Notes: a model not told the origin generated them from the letters alone. A stretch of 64,000 nucleotides of DNA from Ruminococcus sp. UBA7013 (GCA_002449585.1 DJXD01000053.1:63781-127780), one strand, 5' to 3'; shown: positions 54,801 to 62,430, counted from the first letter of the stretch. Made by a program: numbers and translations.

Positions 54801-57339
54801 GGTTGATACCACTACAGAAGCTACAGAAACCACTCCGGAAGAAACAGTTGATACCACAACAGAAGAAACCACTACTACCATTCAAATCGGTGAAGCTGGT
54901 CTCTGGTATGTAGAGACAACTGTCGTTGCCGCTGGTGCAACTGTGACACTTCCTGTCAAAGTGACGGGTGATGTAAACGGCATCAACAGCTATATTGCAA
55001 AACTCCAGCATGATGCTGCTCTGACTGCAAATGATGCTTCCAATGGTGATGCTTATGAAGGCATGGACTTCTCCCGCAATATGGAAAACATGACCTTCGG
55101 CGGTATTAATTATACAATTGATCATAATATTGTTCCGATAGATAACGGTGTTGTATTCAATATTATCTTCACTGCTCCATCTGAACCCGGTCGGTATCCG
55201 GTTGAATTCCTGAAAGATGCTGGTCTGACAGTATATGACATCAACATGAATGAACTGGATGTCAAGACACAGGACGGTTGGATTGAAGTCATCGCTGAAT
55301 CAACGACAACAGAAGCGACAGAAACCACTCCGGAAGAAACAGTTGATACTACTACAGAAGTAACAGAAACCACTCCGGAAGAAACGGTTGATACTACTAC
55401 AGAAGTAACAGAAACCACTCCTGATACTACTACAGAAGTAACAGAAACCACTCCGGAAGAAACGGTTGATACTACTACAGAAGTAACAGAAACCACTCCC
55501 GAAGAAACGGTTGATACTACTACAGAAGTAACAGAAACCACTCCTGATACTACTACAGAAGTAACAGAAACCACTCCTGATACTACTACAGAAGTAACAG
55601 AAACCACTCCGGAAGAAACGGTTGATACTACTACAGAAGTAACAGAAACCACTCCCGAAGAAACGGTTGATACCACTACAGAAACTACTCAGGAATATAC
55701 TACTACAGAAGAAACTACTACATCAGAGGAAGAAACCACAGATGAAACTACTACATCCACTTCTGATAATATGGGCGAGATGACCGAAACCACAACTCAG
55801 GAAGTAAAACCCATCATGGCATATGCCGCTACTTGGCAGATTGGTAATGTAGTCGCTCATGCTGGTGAAACGGTAACACTCCCGATCACTGTTAGTGCTG
55901 ATATTATCGATGCTCTGACATATTGCGCATATGATTTCGGTCTGGAACATATTTTCAATCAGACAAATGTAACAAATGCTGATTTCCAACTCACTTATAT
56001 TGATCCTCAAACTGGTGAAGAAAAGCCCTGCTTTGGTGCTGTCTCTGGTGAGACATATAAAGAATTTGGCGATCTCCAGACAAATCCGATGAATTTCACA
56101 ATTGGTGCACAGACAGATCATGATGTTCCTGGCTTTAATAATGCAACAATTCTGTACCTGACATATAGAATTCCGGATACTGCACAGCCTGGTGTGATCA
56201 ATGTTAACTTTGCCGGTGATGTAACAGCGCATAATATGACAGCTGCCGATGTATTTAATATCGAAGAAATAGGCGGTACAATCCAGATTCTGCCGGATAG
56301 CATTGCAATTGATGCTATGGATTATGAATATGATATTGACGCTCTCTATAAATTCTATTTCTCACATGACTGGAGAGAATTCAGCGATAAGTTTGAAACA
56401 GATGAAAACGGCAATATCACCGCTGTGACAGAAATTGGTCGCCTGAGAACGGATCTTCTCTCTGTTGGTACACTGAGACGGCGTGAAGTGCTGGTAGATG
56501 AAGAAACAGGTGAGCCGTATGGTTATGGTAACTGGACAATTGCAAATGACCTTGATGGTATTGCCTTCGTTGTCGGCGATAATGAAGGAACTGCACCTGA
56601 TGAATCTATCAATTCTCCGATGGCTATTTTTGATAATCATTTTGGAGCTGCTCTCGAAGCAAGTGATGCTGGTGTAGAAAATGCCTTCTATAGAGATAAT
56701 CTGCCTTTCAAGATCGTTACCACATTCCAGAAATGGGATCCTGAAACAAAGACGGCTAAGCCTTATACACCAGATGCTACACTGGAACTTGTAACACTCC
56801 AGAAAGATGAAAATGGTGAACTGGTTCTCGATGAAAACGGCAATCCGATCGTAGAAGGAAAGAGAAAAGCCACTAGCGGTACAGTTTACATTGCTGTGAA
56901 GGGTGATACTAACCTGAATGGTAAGGTAAAGGCAAATGATGCTTCTCTCGTTCTGAAATATGCTGCTGATTTCGGTGCAGATCTAGATCCGAAGATCTAT
57001 AAGGGCACTGATCCTGATCCGCTGATGGAGAATTTCGTTTACTTCCTGAGCGACGTTGACGGCGAGTCTGAAGACATTGGCGCATCTAATGCAAATAAAG
57101 ATGGCCTTGATGAAGATAAAGACGGCGTAGTTGATAAGGATGAAAACGGAAATGTACGTTATACCGCTTCTCCGCTGAATGCTCGTGATGCTTCATTCCA
57201 GCTGATCTATGCTACTCAGTGGGGTGCTGATCTCAATCCTGACTGGTGGCTCATCCTCCATGGTGATACCCAGCCGGATAAACTGCCGAGATATACCAAA
57301 GAAATCGGCAAGAGACCCGATGACAATACAGCACAGTAA
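48829..57339 (+). CDS. scaB: ScaB-like giant scaffoldin (2,836 aa): signal peptide, about 14 cohesin-like modules, X-like module, atypical C-terminal dockerin
   Basis: Approximate module boundaries in nt. Coh1 is 48997-49460 and Coh2 is 49555-50030 (ScaA-cohesin-like). Coh3-9 span 50106-53015 (KWIID..KPGE.V..PV.V.G.T.G.NS class). Coh10-13 are 53119-53526, 53641-54048, 54217-54624 and 54892-55299 (GLWYVETTVVAAGATVTLPVKV class). Coh14 is 55824-56296 (TWQIGNVVAHAGETVTLPITV). An X-like region spans 56297-56880. The dockerin spans 56902-57235 (GDTNLNGKVKANDASLVLKY ... acidic insert ... NARDASFQLIYATQWG). Confidence 0.9.
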   Translation: MKKLLSALTALCMCASMTTGLLPASALTAITPDDAVIAKAGDYERYYVEGDTPQINGFTWQIDDVEFDPATDKTISVPIKVWNCEPISGYTLGLLVDGMTLASDADNFPFSAVRFKDNKAFPTQATFMPNTDELTLGVAADANLDNPDSVIESGAAVVTLIFVPKEGYEYKPGQKFNITFSDEKDANLFGNNADQQLKPTLLNGSITVKGGTEDTTTEPTTEAPTEPVATTTEPQETQPSSGDFEWKISDVTFDPSKDERIEVPILVYNSPEISGYNIGLLIDGKAPSDPDFPFDKATFKNGGGYDNTGSFVPNTSELTLAFASDMSGDRNTSSAANGATAVYLYLTPKAGYNYEHGHIYQVTFDTDTPQAVSFGVASSDGGKDIDLYPKLTNGSITVENPDVTEPPTEYNPETSGIVSKEEKVSSAQWVISSATAKPGEKVTLHVTIKDNDGFNSYIAKIKTDVTAVGAETGELSELDFSSNINKMTFAGTDFSSDTINSNGTVFDISFTAPDKPGRYPVDFSSLEVYNADMVRLIPSTELGYITVEDDEFVHDQKDTSAKWIIDKVEADPGETVKVPVKVQGDTDGLNSYMVQISQDAGPVLVSAESGSAYGELSFESNLKKLTFGGTNSDKGENIIAKDGDVFYMNFEVPKDAAPDTTYHLNFVKDALDLENIDMVQLKPATEDGWIHIRKADFEHKEKEVSTKWIIDEVHAKPGEEVTVPVRVEGNTEGFNSFMTKIKYADGPVLVSTANGGFASLDFSYNLDNMTFGGTDFTTGSETLSGDEIVFNLTFTAPNEPGIYPVEFVKDTLEVYGIDMVQQISGTQDGAIIVDAEETTTTEPGEKDGAKWIIDWKEAKPGEEVTLPVHVEGNTEGFNSFMTKIKVADGPILVSTANGGFATLDFNYNLDNMTFGGTDSSSGADLKDDDVVFNLTFTAPTEPGEYAVDFDGLEVYGLDMAKQIVVQQNGGIIVKDDETTTEPGEKNGAKWIIDEVHAKPGEEVVVPVHVEGNTEGFNSFMTKIKVADGPILVSTANGGFATLDFNYNLDNMTFGGTDFSSGADLKNDDVVFNLTFTAPTDPGRYAVDFDGLQVYGLDMAKQIVTQVNGAIIVDPDETTTTTEPGEKNGAKWIIDWKEAKPGEEVTLPVHVEGNTEGFNSFMTKIKVADGPILVSTANGGFATLDFNYNLDNMTFGGTDSSSGADLKDDDVVFNLTFTAPTEPGEYAVDFDGLEVYGLDMAKQIVVQQNGGIIVKADETTATTEPGEKNGAKWIIDWKEAKPGEEVTLPVHVEGNTEGFNSFMTKIKVADGPILVSTANGGFATLDFNYNLDNMTFGGTDSSSGADLKDDDVVFNLTFTAPTEPGEYAVDFDGLEVYGLDMAKQIVVQQNGGIIVKTDETTTTEATTTTEETTTTTTTTEETTTTTPIETSEAGLWYVETTVVAAGATVTLPVKVKGDTNGINSYIAKIQHDAALTANDASNGDAYEGMDFSYNMENLTFGGVNYTIEKNVVPTDDGVVFNIIFTAPSEPGRYPVEFLKDAGLTVYDINMNELDVKTQDGWIEVVAETTTTEAEPVPDETTTEETQTTAEETTTEETTTTTIETGEAGLWYVETTVVAAGATVTLPVKVTGDSNGINSYIAKLQHDAALTANDASNGDAYEGMDFSYNMENLTFGGVNYTIDKNVVPTDNGVVFNIIFTAPSEPGRYPVEFLKDAGLTVYDINMNELDVKTQDGWIEVIAETTTTEATETTPEETVDTTTEATETTPEETVDTTTEATETTAEVTTTEETTTTIETGEAGLWYVETTVVAAGATVTLPVKVIGDSNGINSYIAKLQHDAALTANDASNGDAYEGMDFSYNMENLTFGGVNYTIEKNVVPTDNGVVFNIIFTAPSEPGRYPVEFLKDAGLTVYDINMNELDVKTQDGWIEVIAETTTTEATETTPEERVDTTTEVTETTPEETVDTTTEATETTPEETVDTTTEVTETTPEETVDTTTEATETTPEETVDTTTEETTTTIQIGEAGLWYVETTVVAAGATVTLPVKVTGDVNGINSYIAKLQHDAALTANDASNGDAYEGMDFSRNMENMTFGGINYTIDHNIVPIDNGVVFNIIFTAPSEPGRYPVEFLKDAGLTVYDINMNELDVKTQDGWIEVIAESTTTEATETTPEETVDTTTEVTETTPEETVDTTTEVTETTPDTTTEVTETTPEETVDTTTEVTETTPEETVDTTTEVTETTPDTTTEVTETTPDTTTEVTETTPEETVDTTTEVTETTPEETVDTTTETTQEYTTTEETTTSEEETTDETTTSTSDNMGEMTETTTQEVKPIMAYAATWQIGNVVAHAGETVTLPITVSADIIDALTYCAYDFGLEHIFNQTNVTNADFQLTYIDPQTGEEKPCFGAVSGETYKEFGDLQTNPMNFTIGAQTDHDVPGFNNATILYLTYRIPDTAQPGVINVNFAGDVTAHNMTAADVFNIEEIGGTIQILPDSIAIDAMDYEYDIDALYKFYFSHDWREFSDKFETDENGNITAVTEIGRLRTDLLSVGTLRRREVLVDEETGEPYGYGNWTIANDLDGIAFVVGDNEGTAPDESINSPMAIFDNHFGAALEASDAGVENAFYRDNLPFKIVTTFQKWDPETKTAKPYTPDATLELVTLQKDENGELVLDENGNPIVEGKRKATSGTVYIAVKGDTNLNGKVKANDASLVLKYAADFGADLDPKIYKGTDPDPLMENFVYFLSDVDGESEDIGASNANKDGLDEDKDGVVDKDENGNVRYTASPLNARDASFQLIYATQWGADLNPDWWLILHGDTQPDKLPRYTKEIGKRPDDNTAQ
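51340..53020 (+). repeat. Four tandem 417-423-bp cohesin-coding units (Coh6-Coh9), near-identical
   Basis: Line-by-line comparison: 51361-51720 versus 52201-52560 (offset exactly 840 nt) differs at only a handful of positions, and the unit starting near 52633 repeats again at offset 423. Confidence 0.9.
54061..54150 (+). repeat. 45-nt tandem repeat, 2 full copies plus a degenerate third (encodes EATETTPEETVDTTT)
   Basis: Direct reading shows gaagctacagaaaccactccggaagaaacggttgatac(t/c)actaca twice. Confidence 0.9.
54637..54861 (+). repeat. 45-nt tandem repeat, 5 copies
   Basis: In-frame units encode E(A/V)TETTPEE(T/R)VDTTT. Confidence 0.9.
55312..55680 (+). repeat. 45-nt tandem repeat, 6 full copies interleaved with 3 shortened 33-nt copies (EVTETTPDTTT)
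   Basis: The unit pattern 45,45,33,45,45,33,33,45,45 sums to 369 nt, all in frame. Confidence 0.9.
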
Positions 57340-57350
57340 GGATATCAAAA

Positions 57351-57382
57351 ATAAAACCTCCCCGAAAGGGGAGGCTTTTTTT
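57351..57382. terminator. Bidirectional rho-independent terminator (scaB-like / aroC convergent)
   Basis: Stem cctcccc/ggggagg with a GAAA tetraloop, an A-run upstream, and T7 downstream. Confidence 0.8.
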
Positions 57383-57391
57383 ATCAGAAAA

Positions 57392-58471
57392 TCAGCAGAA
57401 ATGAGGATAATCCAGCATATGGCATAGTAAGGCAAGATTCACAGCAGATTCTACACAAGGGATCATTTTGGGGACACAACAAGCTTCTATATCAGGAACA
57501 GCATCTAATGTTTCAGATTGTAGATTTGAAAGATTGATCGTTTGCTGTGCTTTTCCAATCGTGGCAGAAGGACGGAATGCCGCTTTCAGAATAATCGGCA
57601 TGCCAGATGAAATGCCGCCCAGAATGCCGCCATGATTATTAGAGCGTGTGAGGATATGGCCATGATCATCCACATAGAAGCTATCATTGCTTTGACTGCC
57701 CGTCATTTTGGCAGATTGAAAGCCTGCGCCGAATTCCAGCCCACGAATATCAGGAAGTGCAAATAGCAGCTGTGCTATCGTGGTTTCCAGCCCATGAAAG
57801 ACAGGAGAGCCAATTCCAGCCGGAACATTGACAGAAGCGCATTCAATCGCTCCTCCGAGGGTCTCACCGCCTTCAGATGCGGCTTTGATATCAGTCTGCA
57901 TTTTTTTACCCTGTGTATTCTGGATGACCGGGAAATGTTTGTCACGAATAGATAAAATATCTTCTTTGGTAACGTGCGTATGAGAAAAAGGCTTGTCAAG
58001 AATGCCATGAATTTCAGCAATATGTGCGCCGGTATAGATGCCACGCCGTTCAAGAATCTGACCGCAGACAGCTCCCGCAAAACAAAGGGGTGTTGTGAGC
58101 TTTTCTGTAAAATGACCACCATCACGGATGTCATTAAAGCCTTTATAGCGCAAAGTTCCAGTATAATCTGCATGCCCCGGACGGGGCAGGCGATTCAGCT
58201 GTGAAAATGTATTTTCCGGCTGACGATGCATGTTTTGTATAAAAACACATAAGGGTGAACCAGTTGTCCGATTATTGATCATTCCGGACATGACCTGACT
58301 GAGTGCCGGGCGGCCTTCCTGATCTGTGCCGCAGCGTTTCATAAATTGTGAAATCTGTTCCGTGTCAATATATTCGCCGGGCGGCAGGTTATCAATAGTA
58401 ACGCCAATCGCAGGGCCTTGCGCTTCGCCGAATACGGAAACAGAAATACGATTATTCCAGATTGATGACAT
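57392..58471 (-). CDS. aroC: Chorismate synthase
   Basis: Conserved motifs (FGESHG-like FGEAQGPAIG, RPGHADY, GGRSSARET-like region). It is the last gene of the aroB-aroA-aroC operon. Confidence 0.93.
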   Translation of the reverse strand: MSSIWNNRISVSVFGEAQGPAIGVTIDNLPPGEYIDTEQISQFMKRCGTDQEGRPALSQVMSGMINNRTTGSPLCVFIQNMHRQPENTFSQLNRLPRPGHADYTGTLRYKGFNDIRDGGHFTEKLTTPLCFAGAVCGQILERRGIYTGAHIAEIHGILDKPFSHTHVTKEDILSIRDKHFPVIQNTQGKKMQTDIKAASEGGETLGGAIECASVNVPAGIGSPVFHGLETTIAQLLFALPDIRGLEFGAGFQSAKMTGSQSNDSFYVDDHGHILTRSNNHGGILGGISSGMPIILKAAFRPSATIGKAQQTINLSNLQSETLDAVPDIEACCVPKMIPCVESAVNLALLCHMLDYPHFC

Positions 58472-59687
58472 TCAAAATCCCTCCTAGTTTTTGATAATCT
58501 TCAAAGAATGCTGGATATGATTTTTCCACGCATTCCGCACCGGTAATGATAACCGGATCTGTTGCTCTGGTAGCGGCAATTGCTGCACACATGGCAATTC
58601 TATGATCTCCTGCACTGCTGACAGTGCCCCCATGCAGTTCCGTGACCGGCAGGATTTCCAGTCCATCAGAAGTAATATGAATATTGCCGCCCAGCGTGTT
58701 CAGCATTTGGGCAGTAGAGGCCAGACGATCACTTTCTTTGATGCGCAGACGTGCCGCCCCGGAAATATGCGTGGGTTTATCCATAAAAGTAGCCAATACG
58801 GCTAAAATTGGCACTAAATCCGGAATGTTTTCGGCATTGATCTCATAAATCTGCTGTGACGGATTTTTGTGATAGCAAAGCTTTTGAATAATGCTGATAA
58901 TTGCCCTGTCACCCTGAACAGAAGTTTTAGGAATATTATGCAGCAAGATCTGATTGCCGATTGCATTGGCTACATAGAAAAATGCTGCCTGTGAAAAATC
59001 GCCCTCTACACGAAGATTTTTGGAAAGATAATGCTGATTGCCCGAAATATGATATTGATTTTGCTCTTCCCGGATCAGTACGCCAAATTGATGCATACAA
59101 TGAATCGTCATATCTGCATAGGGCTTTGATTGAAGCGGGGAAGTTAGCATAATATCAGAATTGCCCGTCAGAAGCGGAAGCGATAATAAAAGGCCGGTTA
59201 CAAACTGAGAAGAAATATCACCTTCGAGATGATAAAGGCCATTTGTTAATTTTCCGCTGATCGTGAAAGGCATTGTATCATGCTTGTCAAAAGTAATGCC
59301 TTTCTGAGAAAGTTCCCGAAGATAGGGCGTAATCGGCCGCTGTGGAAGGCGGCCTTGTCCTGCAAATGTCGCTTTGATGCCCAAAGCTGCCGCTACAGGA
59401 ATCAGAAAACGAAGCGTTGAACCGCTTTCACAACAGTCCGCAAATGCCGCTTCCGGAGGATTGGAAATTCCAGAAACAATAACAGTATCTTCCAGAATCT
59501 CAAATTCTGCGCCAAATGCACGCATAACAGAAAGCGTTGCATCAATATCTTTGGAAAAGCTGATCCCCGAAATTCGAGAAACATTTCTGCTCAATGCCGC
59601 ACAAATCAGCATCCTGTGCGCCATGCTCTTGGATGAGGGAACTGTGACCGAGCCGGTCAGCTTATGAGGATAAATAATAATATTCAT
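58452..59687 (-). CDS. aroA: 3-Phosphoshikimate 1-carboxyvinyltransferase (EPSP synthase)
   Basis: Motifs PSSKSMAHR, LRIKESDR and GDHRIAM, 411 aa. Confidence 0.95.
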   Translation of the reverse strand: MNIIIYPHKLTGSVTVPSSKSMAHRMLICAALSRNVSRISGISFSKDIDATLSVMRAFGAEFEILEDTVIVSGISNPPEAAFADCCESGSTLRFLIPVAAALGIKATFAGQGRLPQRPITPYLRELSQKGITFDKHDTMPFTISGKLTNGLYHLEGDISSQFVTGLLLSLPLLTGNSDIMLTSPLQSKPYADMTIHCMHQFGVLIREEQNQYHISGNQHYLSKNLRVEGDFSQAAFFYVANAIGNQILLHNIPKTSVQGDRAIISIIQKLCYHKNPSQQIYEINAENIPDLVPILAVLATFMDKPTHISGAARLRIKESDRLASTAQMLNTLGGNIHITSDGLEILPVTELHGGTVSSAGDHRIAMCAAIAATRATDPVIITGAECVEKSYPAFFEDYQKLGGILNVINLE

Positions 59688-59690
59688 GTG

Positions 59691-60737
59691 TTAGATCCTT
59701 TCAAAATGTTTCCGGAAGGCAGAAAGGGAATCTGTACGAATTTCCGCAGATCCCGGAGGAGAGCAGATAATATAGCGCAGTTCTGATCCAGTGCGCTTTT
59801 TATCATGACCGCATAAAGCCAAAAGATCCGGCAATGGAGCAGATACTTCTGACGGCAGATGATAACGCTCTACACAGAATTTTAATTTTTGATATTCTTC
59901 CGGTGTGCCAAAATATTTCGTCATGATGCACATCCCAGCCGCTACAGCACAGCCATGTGTATAGGTTTCATAATGATAATACGCTTCAATCGCATGGCCA
60001 ATGGTATGACCAAAATTTAAAATCATACGCTTTCCGGTGTCAAGTTCATCTTCGGCCACAACATCACGCTTGATACTAACACAGATAGGAATGATTTCAT
60101 CAAAATGCTGTTTGATCTGCTCCAGATCATAGCCGCAGAGGGTTTCAAACAGGCCATAATCTGCAATCATGCCATATTTGATGACTTCCCCCATACCATC
60201 TGTCAGAAAGCGGTCTGGAAGCGTCTGGAGTGTATCAGGATCACAGAGCACAAGACGAGGTTGTTTGAATGCGCCAACAAGATTTTTCCCTTCTGGCAGA
60301 TCAATAGCGGTTTTTCCACCAACAGAAGAATCTACCTGCGCAAGCAGAGAGGTCGGAATCTGAATATATGGCATTCCACGCAGAAAAGTTGCCGCTGCAA
60401 ATCCAGTAATATCCCCCACTACACCGCCGCCAAGCGCAATGAGACAATCTGATCTTGTGATTTCTTCTGCACACAGAAATGAATAGATTTTTAGCAATGT
60501 TTCCGCACTTTTGGAAGATTCTCCATGTGGAAACATAAATTTTTTTACAGTGAAACCGCTGGTTTCAAGAGAAGCAGTGACAATATCGCTGTAAAGCGGA
60601 TCTACGTTATCATCCGTAATGATGACACAGGTTTCCGGAGAAATCAGCTTTTGAATCTGTTCACCGGTATGTTTCAGAATGCCACGGCTGATTAAAATAT
60701 CATAGGCATTTTCAACAGGTACATGTATTTTATGCAT
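59691..60737 (-). CDS. aroB: 3-Dehydroquinate synthase
   Basis: The start at 60737 (MHKIHVP) follows an AGGAGGA RBS. Motifs GGGVVGDITGFAAATFLRG, GKN..G and FGHTIGHAIE. Confidence 0.9.
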   Translation of the reverse strand: MHKIHVPVENAYDILISRGILKHTGEQIQKLISPETCVIITDDNVDPLYSDIVTASLETSGFTVKKFMFPHGESSKSAETLLKIYSFLCAEEITRSDCLIALGGGVVGDITGFAAATFLRGMPYIQIPTSLLAQVDSSVGGKTAIDLPEGKNLVGAFKQPRLVLCDPDTLQTLPDRFLTDGMGEVIKYGMIADYGLFETLCGYDLEQIKQHFDEIIPICVSIKRDVVAEDELDTGKRMILNFGHTIGHAIEAYYHYETYTHGCAVAAGMCIMTKYFGTPEEYQKLKFCVERYHLPSEVSAPLPDLLALCGHDKKRTGSELRYIICSPPGSAEIRTDSLSAFRKHFERI

Positions 60738-60835
60738 GGGGGAATCCTCCTGAATTAAAAAAATATCTATTATTATCATACTGAATTTTTGACGGTTTGT
60801 CAAGGGTATTCCTGACATTATTTTTCAGAATTATC

Positions 60836-60868
60836 AAAAAAAAAGCAGAGTACTGGAAAGTACTCTGC
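60836..60868 (-). terminator. Terminator downstream of the SleB-like gene, insulating it from the aro operon
   Basis: Stem gcagagtac/gtactctgc, with a T9 run on the minus strand. Confidence 0.75.
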
Positions 60869-60887
60869 AAAAACAGGATTGTTTCTG

Positions 60888-62012
60888 TCAGGATTTTCTG
60901 AAATGATTCTGAGAACCATCGCCATAGAAATAGAGATAGCCATGATCAAAGGCGGATGGATCGGAGAAATATAAATCTACAGCGGCTTTCACATTGTTAG
61001 TCACTTTTCTGGAATAGGTAGTCAGATCAGCATAAGAAGATGAGCCGCTGAACTGATATCTTTGTGTGATGACACCATAGATTGTATCCGGAAACTGGGA
61101 AGAAGCCACACGGTTCATAATAACCTCAACTACTTTGGCTTTATTTTCGATTGTGATCACATCAGAGCCGGCTTCATGTGCAACCGCATTGCAGAGGAGA
61201 ATATACTCTCTGTCAGTGATGGAGAGGGAAGAAGAGGGCGGAGCGGGTTCGGGATCAGGTTCTTCTTCGGGAGTGGCTTCCTGTACGGGAACAGCCGTTT
61301 CAAGGGAATCAAGATCCAGAATATCACCGAGATAAATAGCAGAAACGTCAACAATTTCTGCTTCGTCAATAATCGGAACAGTTTCCTCGATCGTTGTGAC
61401 TTCGGTCGTTGTTTCGGTTGTAGTGGTTTCCGTAGTAGTAGTTTCCGTAGTTGTTGTTGTCTCTGTGGTGGTTTCTGTCGTTGTTTCGGTTGTTGTTTCT
61501 GTAGAAGTTTCTGTTTCGGGAGTTGTCTCGATGGTATCCACTTCTGCAATGATTTTTGTTTCTTCTGTACTTGGCTGAGAAACTTCGGTTTCTGTCACTT
61601 CCTGAACAGTTTCTGTCACTGTGACAGTATTATGATTTTTCCGAGCAGTAGAAACTGCTGTAGAACGAATATAAATCCTTTTCTTTGTAGTAGCCGTAGT
61701 AGAAACCGCTTCTTCCAGAGCAGGAGCGGTAGCGGGCGCACTCATGATGCTAGTATCTGTCTGTGCTTCTGTCTGATTCTCATAGGGTCGTTTATTAAGA
61801 CGTTTCAGCACACTTTCAACAGGGGGTGCTGTACTGATATTTTCCTGTGGGATCGTCTTGATAAGAGTTTCTGGTGCAGCAGTTTTCGGCGCAGTTTCAG
61901 CATTTGCGCCTTCATCTAATGTTACAGTTGCGGCATCTGCCACAGCGTAACCCCCGAATAAAACAGAAGCAAGCATACCTAAAGTAACCGCTGCAACGTT
62001 GGACTTTCTCAT
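60888..62012 (-). CDS. Secreted SleB/CwlJ-family cell wall hydrolase with a long Thr/Glu-rich linker
   Basis: Signal peptide (..GGYAVADA), a (TETTT)n linker, and a C-terminal Hydrolase_2 pattern (LLCNAVAHEAGS....V.EVIMNRV.S..FPDTIYGVI.Q..QFS). Confidence 0.8.
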   Translation of the reverse strand: MRKSNVAAVTLGMLASVLFGGYAVADAATVTLDEGANAETAPKTAAPETLIKTIPQENISTAPPVESVLKRLNKRPYENQTEAQTDTSIMSAPATAPALEEAVSTTATTKKRIYIRSTAVSTARKNHNTVTVTETVQEVTETEVSQPSTEETKIIAEVDTIETTPETETSTETTTETTTETTTETTTTTETTTTETTTTETTTEVTTIEETVPIIDEAEIVDVSAIYLGDILDLDSLETAVPVQEATPEEEPDPEPAPPSSSLSITDREYILLCNAVAHEAGSDVITIENKAKVVEVIMNRVASSQFPDTIYGVITQRYQFSGSSSYADLTTYSRKVTNNVKAAVDLYFSDPSAFDHGYLYFYGDGSQNHFRKS

Positions 62013-62401
62013 CGACTCATTCCTTTCTGAATCTGTTTCAAAATTTTGTCATTCCCTGAATCTTTCTCAAGGACAACCCTATCATAGCATATTTTTTCCT
62101 GTTTGGCAAGCTTTTTGAAAACATTTCCATGTTGTCAACAATAATAAAATCAAAATCAAGTTTTTGTTTGGTGAAAATCACATATTTTTTCTGATTTTTT
62201 ATGAATTCAAAAAGAATTGATTAAAATATTTAACTGCTTTAATTACATTTTGATTACATTAAAAACAAAGCAGTAAATAATTATTGGCAATCTGCATGAT
62301 AAAATAAGATTTTATTTGTGCAGTATTACTAATCTTTTGTCGAATTATGGGCTGTCAGGTTTTTGTGCTTTTTCACGAATTGGATAAAATCAACAATTGA
62401 C

Positions 62402-62430
62402 TTGACAAAGTCTGACGATTATGTTATAAT
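62402..62430 (+). promoter_or_regulatory. Promoter of pnuC
   Basis: TTGACA (62402-62407), a 17-nt spacer ending TGt, TATAAT (62425-62430). Confidence 0.65.

Larger units (their letters stand above)
53119..55299 (+). repeat. Four copies of a 408-bp cohesin-coding unit (Coh10-Coh13) separated by linkers of increasing length
   Basis: The string gaagctggtctctggtatgta recurs at 53119, 53641, 54217 and 54892, and the protein units are more than 90% identical. Confidence 0.9.

Noticed and set aside
51178-55125. A 1,315-aa ORF on the minus strand (plus several 85-185-aa minus-strand ORFs between 52953 and 55676), antisense to the scaB-like gene.
   Set aside because: It lies entirely inside the well-supported plus-strand scaffoldin CDS. 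Its translation is Cys/Phe/Ser/Ile-rich low-complexity sequence that simply mirrors the Thr/Glu-rich repeats (ACN/GAA codons give no stops on the antisense strand). It has no RBS or promoter, so it is an artefact of repeat composition.
54061-55680. The regularly spaced 45-nt direct repeats could be flagged as a CRISPR-like array by repeat finders.
   Set aside because: The repeats are strictly tandem with no unique spacers. They are in frame within a long CDS, encode a coherent 15-aa Thr-rich linker unit, and have no cas genes nearby.
61062-61919. A 285-aa plus-strand ORF antisense to the SleB-like hydrolase.
   Set aside because: It is a Cys/Phe/Arg-rich shadow ORF produced by the (ACN-GAA)n linker on the opposite strand. 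The minus-strand gene has a signal peptide and a Hydrolase_2 domain.
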